Shown piece after piece: positions 25,408-40,900 of a stretch of 64,000 bases of DNA (the stretch's first letter is position 1; every line of letters starts with the position of its first letter). The position numbers and the translations under genes are program-made. The notes beneath the pieces are model-generated. The model was not told the DNA's origin, searched no databases, and was given only the letters and a program-made list of their open reading frames with translations. Source of the stretch: an uncultured bacterium (GTDB lineage: Bacteria; Krumholzibacteriota; Krumholzibacteriia; JACNKJ01); assembly GCA_963695095.1 (NCBI GenBank), contig CAVOFT010000001.1:448001-512000 (forward strand), given 5' to 3'.

Positions 25408-26289
25408 ATGGATGATAGCCTGCCTGCCCAGCCGCCCCCGGGAGACGTCTTCGCCATCCTGGCCTGGTATCAGGCCTGCCTCTACGACGAGGCCGGCCGT
25501 GCCGTGGAGATCTACGGCGCCGAGGCCGGCGGTGAGCTGGCGAAGTACTACGGCGAGGATCGCGAGCGCTATCTCGCCCGCCGCGAGCACGAGGTCAATC
25601 GCTACGTGCGCACGCGCGAGCGCTTCATCATGGAGCGGGTGCTGGCCAAGGCCGCGCCGCGCATCCTGGACTGCGGTTGCGGTCTCGGCAGCGAGTCCAT
25701 CCTCTTCGCCAGCCAGGGCGCCAGCGTGACGGGCGTGGACCTGAAGCCAGCGCGGCTAGCCCTGGCCGAGGCCCGCCGCGCGCGCTACGCGCGCGTGCTC
25801 GGCCGTCCCCTGACCATCGAGTTCCTGCTGGAGAACCTCTTCGACCTCGACTACCGCGAGGAGTTCGATCTCATCTGGGTCAAGGAGGCCATCAGCCACA
25901 TCCATCCGCTGCCGGACTTCTTCGCCTTCGCCCTGCGCGCGCTGCGGCCCGGCGGGCAGCTTGTCATCACCGATCCCAATGCGGGCAACGCGCGCAAGCG
26001 GCGCTGGGTGGAGGCGCGGCGCCACGGGCCGGTGATCACCACCTTCCCGCACCCGCGCACGGGCGTGCCCATTCCCTATGCCGACGAGCGCATCCTCACC
26101 ATCGCCGAGATCCAGCGCGACCTCAGAGCCCATGGCTATCGCATCGACGAGCTGGAGTGCTACCTGCCCGGGCAGTCCTCGACGCCGTTCTGGTTCTGGA
26201 AGGCCGTGATGCGCCCGCTGAACCACTGCCAGCTGCTCACGCGCTGGCTGGGCGACGAGTACATCGTCGCCGCGGTCAGGCCGGCCTGA
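25408..26289 (+). CDS. Class I SAM-dependent methyltransferase
   Basis: ILDCGCGLG, VTGVDL, FDLI, LRPGGQLVI. Confidence 0.85.
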   Translation: MDDSLPAQPPPGDVFAILAWYQACLYDEAGRAVEIYGAEAGGELAKYYGEDRERYLARREHEVNRYVRTRERFIMERVLAKAAPRILDCGCGLGSESILFASQGASVTGVDLKPARLALAEARRARYARVLGRPLTIEFLLENLFDLDYREEFDLIWVKEAISHIHPLPDFFAFALRALRPGGQLVITDPNAGNARKRRWVEARRHGPVITTFPHPRTGVPIPYADERILTIAEIQRDLRAHGYRIDELECYLPGQSSTPFWFWKAVMRPLNHCQLLTRWLGDEYIVAAVRPA

Positions 26290-26290
26290 G

Positions 26291-27385
26291 CTAGCGCGGG
26301 TGGTCGTAGTGCGCCGCCTCGGGGATGCGGCGCAGGTACTCGGTGTCGGCAATCCCGTTGAACCAGAGGCCGGCCGCGCGACTGGCCGCGTAGCTCCCCA
26401 CGAACAGGAGCAGGACCGCGGCGGCGAAGCGCAGGGGCCCGAGCCGCCGGCCGGTGCCGGCCAGGGCCAGCGCGTTCGTCTGCGGGCAGGAGGCCACGCA
26501 GTCCAGGCAACCCGTGCACTCGGGGCTGAGGATGCGCGACTTGCTCGAGATCGGCAGGCGCGCCATGCAGACGCGGTCGCAGAGACCGCAGTCCGTGCAG
26601 CTCGGCGCGTGGCGCGCGATGCGCAGCGGCGAGGCCCAGGAGAAGAGTCCGAGCAGGGCGCCGTAGGGGCAGAGGTAGCGGCACCAGGCGCCATTGACGA
26701 CGATGGAGGCGAGCGCCAGCACCAGGAGCACGGCCGCCGCCAGGCCGCCGAGGCGCGTGAAGAACCAGAGCATCTTCACGTCGGCTACCTGGTTGTAATC
26801 GCTGGCGAGGAAGGCGCTCAGCGCCTCGGCGCTCATGCCGAAGATCGCCCACAGAAAGAACCCGAGCAGCAGGTACTTCACCCCGCGCAGGGGGATATCC
26901 ACAGCGCGCGGCAGGCGCGGATTGCGGCCCTTGAGGAGGGGCAGCCGGCGGCCCAGGCGCGCAAGGCTCTCCGAGAGGAAGCCCACGGGGCAGACCCAGC
27001 TGCAGAACGCCTTGCGCAGGAGGATCGCCATGGCCAGGGCGATCAGGAAGAGCACCGTCGCGGCGGGATGCACGGCATTGAGCCGGCCCTGGTGGATCCA
27101 GTCGAGCAGGCCCATCAGCCCGCTGATGGGCAGGAAGCCCTCGACACCGGGCGGCCGCAGGGGGAGCGTATAGCGCGACGCGAGCTCGGCGGCGCCGAGT
27201 CCACGCTCGAGGTCGGCGCGGTAGGCGGGTGCAAGCTGCTCGGCCCGCCGCACGAACTGGGCGAACTGCAGGCCGAGGGCGAGCACGAGCAGGGCGAAGC
27301 CGGCCTGCACGGCGATCCGGACGCGATAGCTCTTGAGCCCGCGGCGACCCAGGCTCCCGGCGAGGTAGGCGAGGATGCGCTGCAT
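26291..27385 (-). CDS. Membrane polyferredoxin (NapH/MauN/YccM-like 4Fe-4S protein)
   Basis: FCSWVCP, WCRYLCP, CTDCGLCDRVC, CTGCLDCVASCP; TM helices. Confidence 0.88.
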   Translation of the reverse strand: MQRILAYLAGSLGRRGLKSYRVRIAVQAGFALLVLALGLQFAQFVRRAEQLAPAYRADLERGLGAAELASRYTLPLRPPGVEGFLPISGLMGLLDWIHQGRLNAVHPAATVLFLIALAMAILLRKAFCSWVCPVGFLSESLARLGRRLPLLKGRNPRLPRAVDIPLRGVKYLLLGFFLWAIFGMSAEALSAFLASDYNQVADVKMLWFFTRLGGLAAAVLLVLALASIVVNGAWCRYLCPYGALLGLFSWASPLRIARHAPSCTDCGLCDRVCMARLPISSKSRILSPECTGCLDCVASCPQTNALALAGTGRRLGPLRFAAAVLLLFVGSYAASRAAGLWFNGIADTEYLRRIPEAAHYDHPR

Positions 27386-27457
27386 GCTTGCCAAGGTAGG
27401 CAGGGGCCGGGGGCCCTGCTATGATGCGCATCAAATTTTCGCCCCAAGGACGGTCCC

Positions 27458-28570
27458 GTGCGCTCCCGCCGCCTGCTGCTCTGGCTCTACCTGGTCTTCC
27501 TCGTCACCATCCTGGCCCAGGCGGGCTGGTGGCTGGTCTACCTGCGGCGGGAGGGCGAGCACTACCTCAACTACCAGATCCAGCGCCTGCAGACGGATCA
27601 GCTCCACGCGGCCTACCTGCTGCGCAGCGTGCCCGAGTTCCAGGCCGACCCCGAGGGCGCGCTGGCGCCGCATTTCCCCGATCTCGTCTTCAAGCGCACG
27701 GCCAGCGGCTTTGACATCCAGATCGACCCGCAGGTCGAGACGGACATCCGCAACGAGGCCGGGCGCCGCCGCCGCATGTTCCTCTGGGAGGGTGGTTTCT
27801 TCCTCACCTTGCTCCTGGCGGGCGCCAGCATGGTCTACATCGCCTACCGCCGGGAGCAGGCCTTCCGCCGCAGCCGCGAGCTCTTCCTGGCCGGCGTCAC
27901 CCATGAGTTCAAGACGCCGCTGGCGAGCCTGAGTCTCTACGGCGAAACGCTCGAGCGCCCTGAGCTGGACGAAGAGCAGCGCCTCAGGATCCTGCTGCAC
28001 ATGGGCGACGACCTCAGGCGCCTGCGTCTGATGGTCGAGCAGGTGCTGGCCGTCAGCCGCGCGGAGTCGCCGCCGGCGCTGCGTCCCGTCGATCTCGATC
28101 CGGCCGAGCTCGCCCGGCAGGCCCTTGCCGACCTGGCGCCGCTCATCGCGCGCGAAGGCGCCCAGGTGACGAGCACGCTGCCCGCCGGCCAGCGCGTGCG
28201 CGCCGACGAGCCGGCGCTGGCCACCGCTCTGCGCAACCTGCTCCTCAACGCCATCCACTACTCAGCGCCGCCCGCCCGGGTGACGCTCAGTCTCAATCGC
28301 GAGGGGCGCGAGGGCCGCTGGCTGCGCCTGGCGGTGCGCGACGAGGGTCCGGGTATTCCCCGGCGGGAGCAGAAGCGGATCTTCCAGAGCTTCTACCGCG
28401 TGGGTGAGGCGGGGCGCCGGCCCGCGGGCATCCACGGCAGTGGCCTGGGTCTCTACCTGGTCAAGCGGAACATGGAGGCCATGGGCGGTCGCGTCGAGCT
28501 GGTGAGCAACCCCGGCGAGGGCGCCACCTTCTCGCTGCTCTTGCCGGCCGCGCGCGAGGAAGGGGACTGA
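27458..28570 (+). CDS. Sensor histidine kinase
   Basis: 2 TM; H-box THEFKTPL, N-box NLLLNAIHY, DEGPGI, GSGLGL. Confidence 0.92.
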   Translation: MRSRRLLLWLYLVFLVTILAQAGWWLVYLRREGEHYLNYQIQRLQTDQLHAAYLLRSVPEFQADPEGALAPHFPDLVFKRTASGFDIQIDPQVETDIRNEAGRRRRMFLWEGGFFLTLLLAGASMVYIAYRREQAFRRSRELFLAGVTHEFKTPLASLSLYGETLERPELDEEQRLRILLHMGDDLRRLRLMVEQVLAVSRAESPPALRPVDLDPAELARQALADLAPLIAREGAQVTSTLPAGQRVRADEPALATALRNLLLNAIHYSAPPARVTLSLNREGREGRWLRLAVRDEGPGIPRREQKRIFQSFYRVGEAGRRPAGIHGSGLGLYLVKRNMEAMGGRVELVSNPGEGATFSLLLPAAREEGD

Positions 28571-28572
28571 GC

Positions 28573-29280
28573 ATGCCGACCAAGAAGCGCATCCTCGTCG
28601 TCGAGGACGAAGAGCATCTCGCCGAGGGCCTGCGCATCAACCTGGAGCTGGAAGGCTACGAGCCGGTGCTGGCCGCGAGCGCCGAGGAGGCCTGGCGCAT
28701 CTGGCAGCGCAGCCGCGCCGATCTCATCCTGCTGGATGTCATGCTGCCCGGCATGGACGGCTTCGAGTTCTGCAGCTTGCTGCGCGACAAGGGCGAGCGC
28801 GTGCCCGTCCTCTTCCTCACCGCCCGCGACCGCGACGAGGACCGGGTGCGCGGCCTCGAAGAGGGCGGCGACGACTACCTGACCAAGCCCTTCAACCTCC
28901 GCGAGCTGCTCGCCCGCGTGAAGGGCCTGTTCCGTCGCGAGGAGTGGGTGCGCAGCAAGCCGCCGCTCACGGTGCTGCGTTTCGGCGCGCGCGAAGTGGA
29001 CCTGCTCTCCTATGCGCTGCGCGGGCCGGAGGGCGAGACGCGCCTGAAGGAGAAGGAGGCGATGATCCTGCGCCTGCTCGCCGAGCGCGCGGGCGAGGCC
29101 ATCGACCGGGAAACCATCATCGACCGCGTCTGGGGTTACGACGCCTACCCCAGCACGCGCACCGTGGACAACTTCATCCTCGGCCTGCGCAAGCTGCTCG
29201 AACCCGATCCGGCCAAGCCGCGCTACCTGCTGACCGTGCACGGCAAGGGCTACAAGCTGCTGCTCGAGGAAGGGGAGTAG
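28573..29280 (+). CDS. OmpR-family response regulator
   Basis: VVEDE, LDVMLPGMDG, DDYLTKPF, RTVDNFI..LRK, TVHGKGY. Confidence 0.95.
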   Translation: MPTKKRILVVEDEEHLAEGLRINLELEGYEPVLAASAEEAWRIWQRSRADLILLDVMLPGMDGFEFCSLLRDKGERVPVLFLTARDRDEDRVRGLEEGGDDYLTKPFNLRELLARVKGLFRREEWVRSKPPLTVLRFGAREVDLLSYALRGPEGETRLKEKEAMILRLLAERAGEAIDRETIIDRVWGYDAYPSTRTVDNFILGLRKLLEPDPAKPRYLLTVHGKGYKLLLEEGE

Positions 29281-29283
29281 CCG

Positions 29284-30735
29284 GTGGCGGCGCCCGTGAT
29301 CCTCTGCTTCCGGCGCGACCTGCGCCTGGCCGATCAGCCGGCGCTGGCGGCGGCGCTCGAGGCGGCGGGGGAAGCCGGCGCTGGGCTGCTGCCGGTCCAC
29401 GTGCACGAGACGGAGGGCGACTGGCCGCCCGGCGCGGCCAGCCGCTGGTGGCTGCACCACTCGCTGGCCGCGCTGGACGCCGACCTGCGCGCCCGGGGCT
29501 CAGGGCTGATCCTGCGCCGCGGGCCCCTCTCGACGGCGCTGACGGCGCTGCAAGCCGAGACAGGCGCGCGGGCGGTCTTCGCCATGCGGCGCGCAGAGCC
29601 GGCAGCCCGCGCAGCAGAGGCAGAGGCGCGCCGTGCGCTGGCCGGCGCCGGCGCCGATCTGCATCTCTTTGCGGGAGACGGCCTCCACGCGCCCGATCGC
29701 CTGCGCAACGTCCAGGGCGCTCCCTACCGCGTCTTCACTCCCTTCTGGAAGGCGCTGGCGGCGTTGCCCGCGCCATCCGGGCTCGCGTCCGCGCCCGGGC
29801 GACTGCCGGCGCCGAGCGTCTGGCCCGCCTCACTCGCGCTCGCGGAGCTTGATCTGCTGCCGCGCCGCGACTGGGCGGTGGGCCTGCAGGCGGCCTGGAC
29901 GCCGGGCGAAGCCGGCGCTCAGACTGCGCTCGCTCGCTTCCTTGCCGAAGCGGCAGCGGACTACCCGGTTGCCCGCGACTTGCCGGGGCGCGCAGGCGTC
30001 TCCCGCCTCTCGCCGCACCTGCACTTCGGCGAGATCGCGCCGGCGCGCCTCTGGGCCGCCGCGCGGGCGGCGCCCACCGCCGCGGGCGAGGCCTGGCGGC
30101 GCCAGCTCGCCTGGCGCGACTTCGCGCGGCAGCTGCTCTGGCACTTTCCAGGTACGGCGCGCGACCCGCTCGACGCCCGCTTCGAACGCTTCCCCTGGCG
30201 CGAGGACGCGGCCGCGCTTGCCGCCTGGCAACGCGGCGAGACGGGTTATCCCCTGGTCGACGCCGGCATGCGCGAGCTGTGGTCCACGGGCTGGATGCAC
30301 GGTCGCGTGCGCATGGTGACGGCCTCCTTCCTTGCCAAGCACCTGCTCATCGACTGGCGCGATGGCGCGCGCTGGTTCTGGGACACCCTCGTGGACGCCG
30401 ATCTCGCCAACAACGGCTTCGGCTGGCAGTGGACGGCGGGCTGCGGCGCCGATGCCGCGCCCTACTTTCGCGTCTTCAACCCGACGGCCCAGGCGCAGCG
30501 CTTCGATGCGGGCGGCGAGTACCTGCGCCGCTGGCTGCCCGAGCTGGCGGCGCTCCCGGACCGCTGGCTGCCGCAGCCCTGGGCGGCGCCTGCCGAGGCC
30601 CTGGCCACGGCGGGCATCCGACTGGGCCGCGATTACCCGCAACCGATCGTCGAGCACGGCGCCGCGCGCGCTCGCGCGCTGGCCGCCTGGCAATCCATCG
30701 CGGGCAGGACCCGCGCCGAGGGGATTGGAACATGA
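29284..30735 (+). CDS. phr: Deoxyribodipyrimidine photolyase (class I/III CPD)
   Basis: FRRDLRLADQPAL, SRLSPHLHFGEI, GETGYPLVDAGMRELWSTGWMH, LVDADLANN. Confidence 0.92.
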   Translation: MAAPVILCFRRDLRLADQPALAAALEAAGEAGAGLLPVHVHETEGDWPPGAASRWWLHHSLAALDADLRARGSGLILRRGPLSTALTALQAETGARAVFAMRRAEPAARAAEAEARRALAGAGADLHLFAGDGLHAPDRLRNVQGAPYRVFTPFWKALAALPAPSGLASAPGRLPAPSVWPASLALAELDLLPRRDWAVGLQAAWTPGEAGAQTALARFLAEAAADYPVARDLPGRAGVSRLSPHLHFGEIAPARLWAAARAAPTAAGEAWRRQLAWRDFARQLLWHFPGTARDPLDARFERFPWREDAAALAAWQRGETGYPLVDAGMRELWSTGWMHGRVRMVTASFLAKHLLIDWRDGARWFWDTLVDADLANNGFGWQWTAGCGADAAPYFRVFNPTAQAQRFDAGGEYLRRWLPELAALPDRWLPQPWAAPAEALATAGIRLGRDYPQPIVEHGAARARALAAWQSIAGRTRAEGIGT

Positions 30736-31697
30736 GCGAAGACACTCGCTTCTCCGTGGGCGTGAGCGCCTGTCTGCTCGGCGAGCCGGTGCGCTACGAC
30801 GGTGGCCACAAGCGCAGCCGCTGGCTCACGGACATCCTCGACCCCTACGTGCGCTGGGTGAGCGTCTGCCCCGAGCTCGAGATCGGCCTCGGCGTGCCGC
30901 GGCCCACGCTGCGCCTCGAACGCGGCGATGACGGCCCCCGCCTCGTCGAGATCAAGACCGAGCGGGATCTCACGCGGCTGATGGGCGACTACTCCCGCTC
31001 GCGCATCGAGGAGCTGGCCGGGCTCGGCCTGCGCGGCTACGTGCTCAAGAAGGACTCGCCGAGCTGCGGCATGGAGCGCGTGAAGGTCTATGACGCGAAC
31101 AGTGTGCCGGCCAAGAACGGCGTCGGCATCTACGCCGCCGCGCTGGCCGCGGCGCTGCCCAACCTGCCGCTGGAGGAAGAAGGGCGCCTGGAGGACCCGC
31201 GCCTGCGCGAGAACTTCGTCACGCGGCTCTTCGCCTACGACCGCTGGCTGGCACTGCGCGCGGCGGGCTGCGCGCCGGCCGACTTGGTGCGCTTTCACAC
31301 CGCCCACAAGATGCAGCTTCTCGCCCACTCGCCGCGGGGGGCGCAGCAACTCGGCCGGCTGGTGGCGCGCGCGGGGGCAACGGCGGCCGCCAACTGGCCG
31401 GCCCTGCTCGACGAGTACGAGGCCGGCTTCATGGCGGCGCTCAAGCGGGTGGCCTCACCCGGGCGGCACGTGAACACGCTGCAGCATCTGGCGGGATTTC
31501 TTAAGGAGCAGCTGACGGCGGTGGAGACGCGGGAGCTGGCCGGGATCATCGAGGAGTACCGGACGGGCACGCTGCCGCTGATCGCCGCCCTGACCCTGCT
31601 CGCCCATCACCTCAAGACCTTGTCGCATCCCTGGGTGGAGGCGCAGAGCTACCTGGCGCCCTATCCCCGCGAGCTGGGGCTGCGCAGCGCGATCTGA
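30732..31697 (+). CDS. DUF523/DUF1722 (YbgA, TudS/RudS-like) protein
   Basis: GVSACLLGEPVRYDGGHK, VCPE.EIGLGVPR, KDSPSCG, EEEGRL, RENF. Confidence 0.9.
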   Translation: MSEDTRFSVGVSACLLGEPVRYDGGHKRSRWLTDILDPYVRWVSVCPELEIGLGVPRPTLRLERGDDGPRLVEIKTERDLTRLMGDYSRSRIEELAGLGLRGYVLKKDSPSCGMERVKVYDANSVPAKNGVGIYAAALAAALPNLPLEEEGRLEDPRLRENFVTRLFAYDRWLALRAAGCAPADLVRFHTAHKMQLLAHSPRGAQQLGRLVARAGATAAANWPALLDEYEAGFMAALKRVASPGRHVNTLQHLAGFLKEQLTAVETRELAGIIEEYRTGTLPLIAALTLLAHHLKTLSHPWVEAQSYLAPYPRELGLRSAI

Positions 31698-31812
31698 GCG
31701 GCACTTGTCCTTGCCCGCGGCGGCGTTCATGATACGCTGACTGCCGCCGCCATATCGGACGGCGGGCTCGGCTTTGATCCGTCTTCCCCGCTCGGATCCC
31801 AGGACCAACTTC

Positions 31813-36108
<4,296 letters not shown>

Positions 36109-36394
36109 GATCGGGTCACTCCCTGTCAGTGCCGCGGACGGCCGCCAGGGCAAGAGTATCGCGCAGGCGGCGCGGCCCGGCAACGCCCAAGACGCCGCCA
36201 CCGCAGGCGGTCGCTGCCGCCTGTCTCGCTCGCCGACAGCCGCAATCGGAGTGAGATATCATGATTTAGGTGGCGATCCACTTGACGGATCGACTTACGA
36301 TAGAGTATATCTTGGGGACAGCGCCTGTGCCGCGAACGAGCGTTCTTGCGCGGCAATTCAAGGCAGAGCCCCCAGTCATCTCAAGGAGCAACCC

Positions 36395-37435
36395 ATGAAG
36401 GTTCGTGGCTACGCCGCCCGGTCTGCCGATTCCCCCCTGGCCCCCTGGGAGTTCGAGCGCAGGAGTCCCGGCGTGAAGGACCTGCGCATCCAGATCGAGC
36501 ACTGCGGCATCTGCCACTCGGACATCCACTTCGCGCGCAACGAGTGGCAGTTCACGAGCTACCCCTGCGTGCCCGGGCACGAGATCGTCGGCCGCGTGGT
36601 CGAGGTCGGCAGCGGCGTCACGCGCCACCGCGAGGGCGACCTGGTCGGCGTCGGCTGCTTCGTCGACTCCTGCCGGACCTGCGGGAGCTGCAAGGAGGGC
36701 CTCCAGAACTACTGCGAGTCCGGCCCTCGCATGACCTACGGCAGCTTCGAAGCGGACGGGGCGACCCCGACCTACGGCGGCTACTCGACGCAGATCGTCG
36801 TCGCCGAGGACTTCGTCCTCAAGATTCCCGCCTCCCTCGATCCGGCCGGCGCCGCGCCGCTGCTCTGCGCGGGCATCACGACCTACTCCCCGCTGCGCCA
36901 CCTCGGCGTGACCAAGGGCACGCGCGTGGCGGTGATGGGACTGGGCGGCCTCGGCCACATGGGCGTGAAGCTCGCAGCGTCCTTCGGCGCCGAAGTCACC
37001 GTCCTCAGCCATTCGCCGTCGAAGGCCAGCGATGCCAAGCGCCTCGGGGCCCACGACTTCGTGCTCACCAGCGGTGCCGATGCGCTCGGCCCGCTCGCCG
37101 GCCGCTTCGACGTCATCCTCGACACCGTGTCGGCGGAGCACGACGTGAACGGCTACATCAACTGCCTCCGGCGGGACGGCACCCTGATCATGGTGGGAGC
37201 CTCGCCTACCCCCTTCCCGGTGGCGGCCTTTCCGCTCATCTTCGGCCGCCGCCGCTTCATGGGCTCCCTGGTCGGCGGCCTGCCCGAGACGCAGGAGATG
37301 CTCGATCACTGCGGGAAGCACGGGATCACGAGCGACGTGGAGCTGATCACCCCGGATCAGATCAACGCGGCCTACGACCGCGCCGTCAAGGGCGAGGTCA
37401 AGTACCGCTTCGTGATCGACTGCACGAAGTTCTGA
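36395..37435 (+). CDS. Zn-dependent NAD(P) alcohol dehydrogenase (cinnamyl/YahK-like)
   Basis: CGICHSD, GHEIVG, CRTCGSC, APLLCAGITTYSPL, GLGGLG; AAGGAG RBS. Confidence 0.95.
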   Translation: MKVRGYAARSADSPLAPWEFERRSPGVKDLRIQIEHCGICHSDIHFARNEWQFTSYPCVPGHEIVGRVVEVGSGVTRHREGDLVGVGCFVDSCRTCGSCKEGLQNYCESGPRMTYGSFEADGATPTYGGYSTQIVVAEDFVLKIPASLDPAGAAPLLCAGITTYSPLRHLGVTKGTRVAVMGLGGLGHMGVKLAASFGAEVTVLSHSPSKASDAKRLGAHDFVLTSGADALGPLAGRFDVILDTVSAEHDVNGYINCLRRDGTLIMVGASPTPFPVAAFPLIFGRRRFMGSLVGGLPETQEMLDHCGKHGITSDVELITPDQINAAYDRAVKGEVKYRFVIDCTKF

Positions 37436-37834
37436 TCAATCCCCGCCCAGCGCGGCGGCGATCGCGGCCGGCAGGCGCAGCACCCGCCACTCGCGGTCGA
37501 TCACGCCATGGACGCTGTAGCCCTCGGCCAGCAGGGTCTCGCCGCGCCAGCCTTCGTAGGCGAAGCGCAGCTTGACGCGGCCCAGCTCGGCCAGGCGCGT
37601 GCGGATCTCGATCTCCTCATCATAGCGTGCAGGCGCCAGGATGCGCACGCCGTAGTCCACCACGGGGAAGAGAATGCCCTCCCGCTCGATCTCGGCGTAG
37701 GACTTGTAGCAGGCGCGCAGGAGCCCCGTCCGCCCCAGCTCCCAGTAGACCGCCCACTGGCCATGGTGCAGCACCCCCATGGCGTCGGTCTCGGCATAGC
37801 GCACGCGGAGCTGGCTGCGATGGACAGCGGGCAT
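37436..37834 (-). CDS. Acyl-CoA thioesterase (YbgC/4HBT hotdog family)
   Basis: RVRYAETDAMGVLHH, E.GRT, PARYDE. Confidence 0.9.
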   Translation of the reverse strand: MPAVHRSQLRVRYAETDAMGVLHHGQWAVYWELGRTGLLRACYKSYAEIEREGILFPVVDYGVRILAPARYDEEIEIRTRLAELGRVKLRFAYEGWRGETLLAEGYSVHGVIDREWRVLRLPAAIAAALGGD

Positions 37835-37984
37835 GCCGGCAGCATGTCACGCCGCGGAGCCGCTGGCAAGCCGTGTCGGCGGGGTTGACGGCACTGCCGT
37901 CGCCCGCCCCTTGACGCCCCTCGGCCGCTGGTGGAGACTGCCCCGTCCGCCGCGCGCCGCGGCGGCAAAGCCCGCCAGGTCGCC

Positions 37985-40900
37985 ATGAAGCGCGCCGCAC
38001 CCCTCATCCTGCTGCTCTTCACGCTCTCGGGTGTCAGCGGCCTCGTCTACGAGCTCGTCTGGATCCGCCTCTTCAGCCATCTCCTCGGCGGCACCAGCTA
38101 CGCGATCAGCACCGTGCTGGCGGCTTTCATGGGCGGTCTCGCCCTGGGCAGCCGCTTCTACGGCCCACGCGCGGATCGCACGGAGCGACCGCTCCTCCTC
38201 TATGCCAAGCTGGAGCTGGGCATCGCCGTTCTGGGTGGGCTCATCTATCTCCTCCTGCTGGGGGCGCCGGGCGTCTACGCCCGCGTGGGCGGTGCCCTGC
38301 CCGCCCCTGCGCTGGCCCTGCTGCGCGTGCTGATTGCGGGCGCCCTGCTCCTGCCGCCCACCTTCCTGATGGGCGGCACCCTGCCCGTGCTCAGCCGCGT
38401 CATCGTCACCCGCCGCGACCGCCTGGGCCGCGGCCTCGGCCTGCTCTACGCCGTCAACACCTTCGGCGCCGTGCTGGGCTGCTTCCTGGCGGGCTTCGTG
38501 CTGATCGCAGCGTTCGGGCTGGGCGTGAGCACCCTGCTCGCGGTGCTGCTCAACCTGCTCATCGCCGGCGCGGCCTGGCTGCTCGACCGCGGGCTCTCAC
38601 CGCTTGCTGCCTCCGCCGACTACGCCCAGAGCCTGCTCGACACCCTGAACCCGCTGGGCGAGCCGGTGCCGGCCGCCGCGGCGGCGGCCACCGCCGAGTT
38701 GCCCGGCACGCTGCTCGCGTGGGTCTTCGCGCTCAGCGGCTTTGCCTCGCTGGGCTACGAACTCTACTGGACGCGCGGACTCCAGCACTTCCTCGGCAAC
38801 TCTACCTATGCCTTCAGCGCCATGCTGACCACCTTCCTGCTCGGCCTCGCCGCCGGCGGCTGGCTGGGGGGGCGCCTGGCGGACCGCGTCGCCTCCCCGG
38901 CGCGCCTGCTCGGCTGGGTGCAGCTGGCCGTCGGCCTGAGCGCTCTGGGGACCATGCTGCTCATCTGGCGCTGGCTGCCCTACGAGAGCAGCGCGGAGTG
39001 GCTGAACAGCCGCGCGCTCTCCTGGCCCGCCTATCTCACGCGGCGCTTTGCCCTGGCCTTCCTCGTCATGGCGCCGACCACCTTCCTCACCGGCATGACC
39101 TTCCCGCTCGTCAACCGCATCGGCATTCGCAGCCTTTCGCGCCTGGGTCGCGGCGTGGGCGGCCTCTACTTCGCCAACACCCTGGGCTCGATCGCGGGCA
39201 GCCTGGCGGCCGGCTTCCTGCTGCTGGCCCTCTTCGGCGCCAGGGACGCGCTGCTGGCCACCGCGCTGCTCAGCGCCGCGCTCGGCGTTCTGGTGCACCT
39301 GGCCCGCAGCCGCCGCGGCGCCCTCGAGCCCTGGCTGGCGGGCGCCCTGTTCGCGGGACTCCTCGCGGCGGCGCCCATCGCCCAGCGCAGCGGCCGCGCC
39401 CTCCTGGCCGACACGCAGGAGACGGGCGACACGGTGCTCTTCGATGTCGAGGACCACGCGGGCGAGACGCGCGTCTACCGCAAGGCAGGCGGGGATCTCC
39501 ACATGAGCGTGGACGGCCACCACATCGGCGGCACGGAGCCTGCGCTCCTGCGCAAGGAGAAGATCCTCGCCCACCTGCCCATGCTGCTCAGGCCCGACGC
39601 CAAGACGACGCTCTCGGTGGGCCTGGGCAGCGGCGTCACCCTGGGCACGCTGGCGCTCTATCCGGAGATCGAGCGGCTCACCTGCGTGGAAATCGTCCCC
39701 GGCGTCGTGGCCGGCGCCCGCTTCTTCGGCGGGCCCGCCAACGAGGTGCTCGCCGATCCGCGGCTGGACCTGCACGTGGGCGACGGCGTGCAGTTCCTGC
39801 TCACCACCGACGAGCGCTTCGACATCATCAGCAGCGACTCGAAGCTGAATCCGGAGTACGCGGGCAATGCGCCCCTGCTCTCGGTGGACTACAGCGCGCT
39901 CTGCCGCGATCGCCTCACGGACGACGGCGTCATGGTGCAGTGGCTGGCCGTTCATCTGCCGCTGGCCGACATCAAGATGATCGCGCGCAGCTTCGCGGCG
40001 GCCTTCCCGCACGTCGCCATCTACTGGTACGATCCCTACAACCTGATCCTCGCCGGGAGCAAGGCGCCGCTGGTGCTGGATCTTGACGGCGCGCGCCGCG
40101 GGCTCGCCCGCCCGGCCATCGCCGCCGATCTCGCTCCGCTGCAGCTCGCCGATCCCTACCTGTCCGCTTCGCTGTGGATCGCCGGGGACGAGGCCCTGCG
40201 CAGCGCGCTCGGCCCGGGCCCCGTGAACACCTGGCAGCGCCCGCGCCTGGAGTTCACGCTGGGCCGGAACTTCCGCAGCCAGACCCTCGCCTACCACGAG
40301 GAGGACGTCCTGCGCTGGCTGCACCTGATTCGCGACGGCGAGGGTCAGGCGCTCGCCGGCGCCGTCGATGGCGAGGCCTACCGGGCGCACATGGCGGCGG
40401 CCGGCAAGCTGCTCGAGGGCTTTGCCCAGGGGGGCGGCATCCGGCAGCTGGAGCCAGGCATCCCCTTCTTCGAAGCGGGGCTGGCCGCCTGTCCCGGCAA
40501 TGCGCGCCTGACGGCCCTGCTCGCGCAGTGGCGGCAGGCGGGCGAGCAGCTCGCTGAAGCCTATGCGGCAGGGCAGGTGACCACGCCGGACGGACTGTCG
40601 TTGATCGGCCTGCAGCGTCGCGAGCAGGGGCGCCATGCGGAGGCTCTCGTCGTCTTCGAGCAGGCGCTGGCCCTGCGCCCTCAGGATCCGGACCTCCAGT
40701 ACAACCGCCTGCTCACCCTGCGCGATCTCGGCCGCAGCGGCGACTATCGCGCGGCCCTCGACGCGTTTGCCGCCGCCTTTCCCCGCGATGCGCGCTGGGC
40801 CTCGCTCAAGGGGCGCCTGGCGGCCGACGATGGCAGCATGACCGAGGCGCTGGCCTTTTTCGAGCAGGCGGTGGCGCTGAACCCCGAAAACCCGACGACC

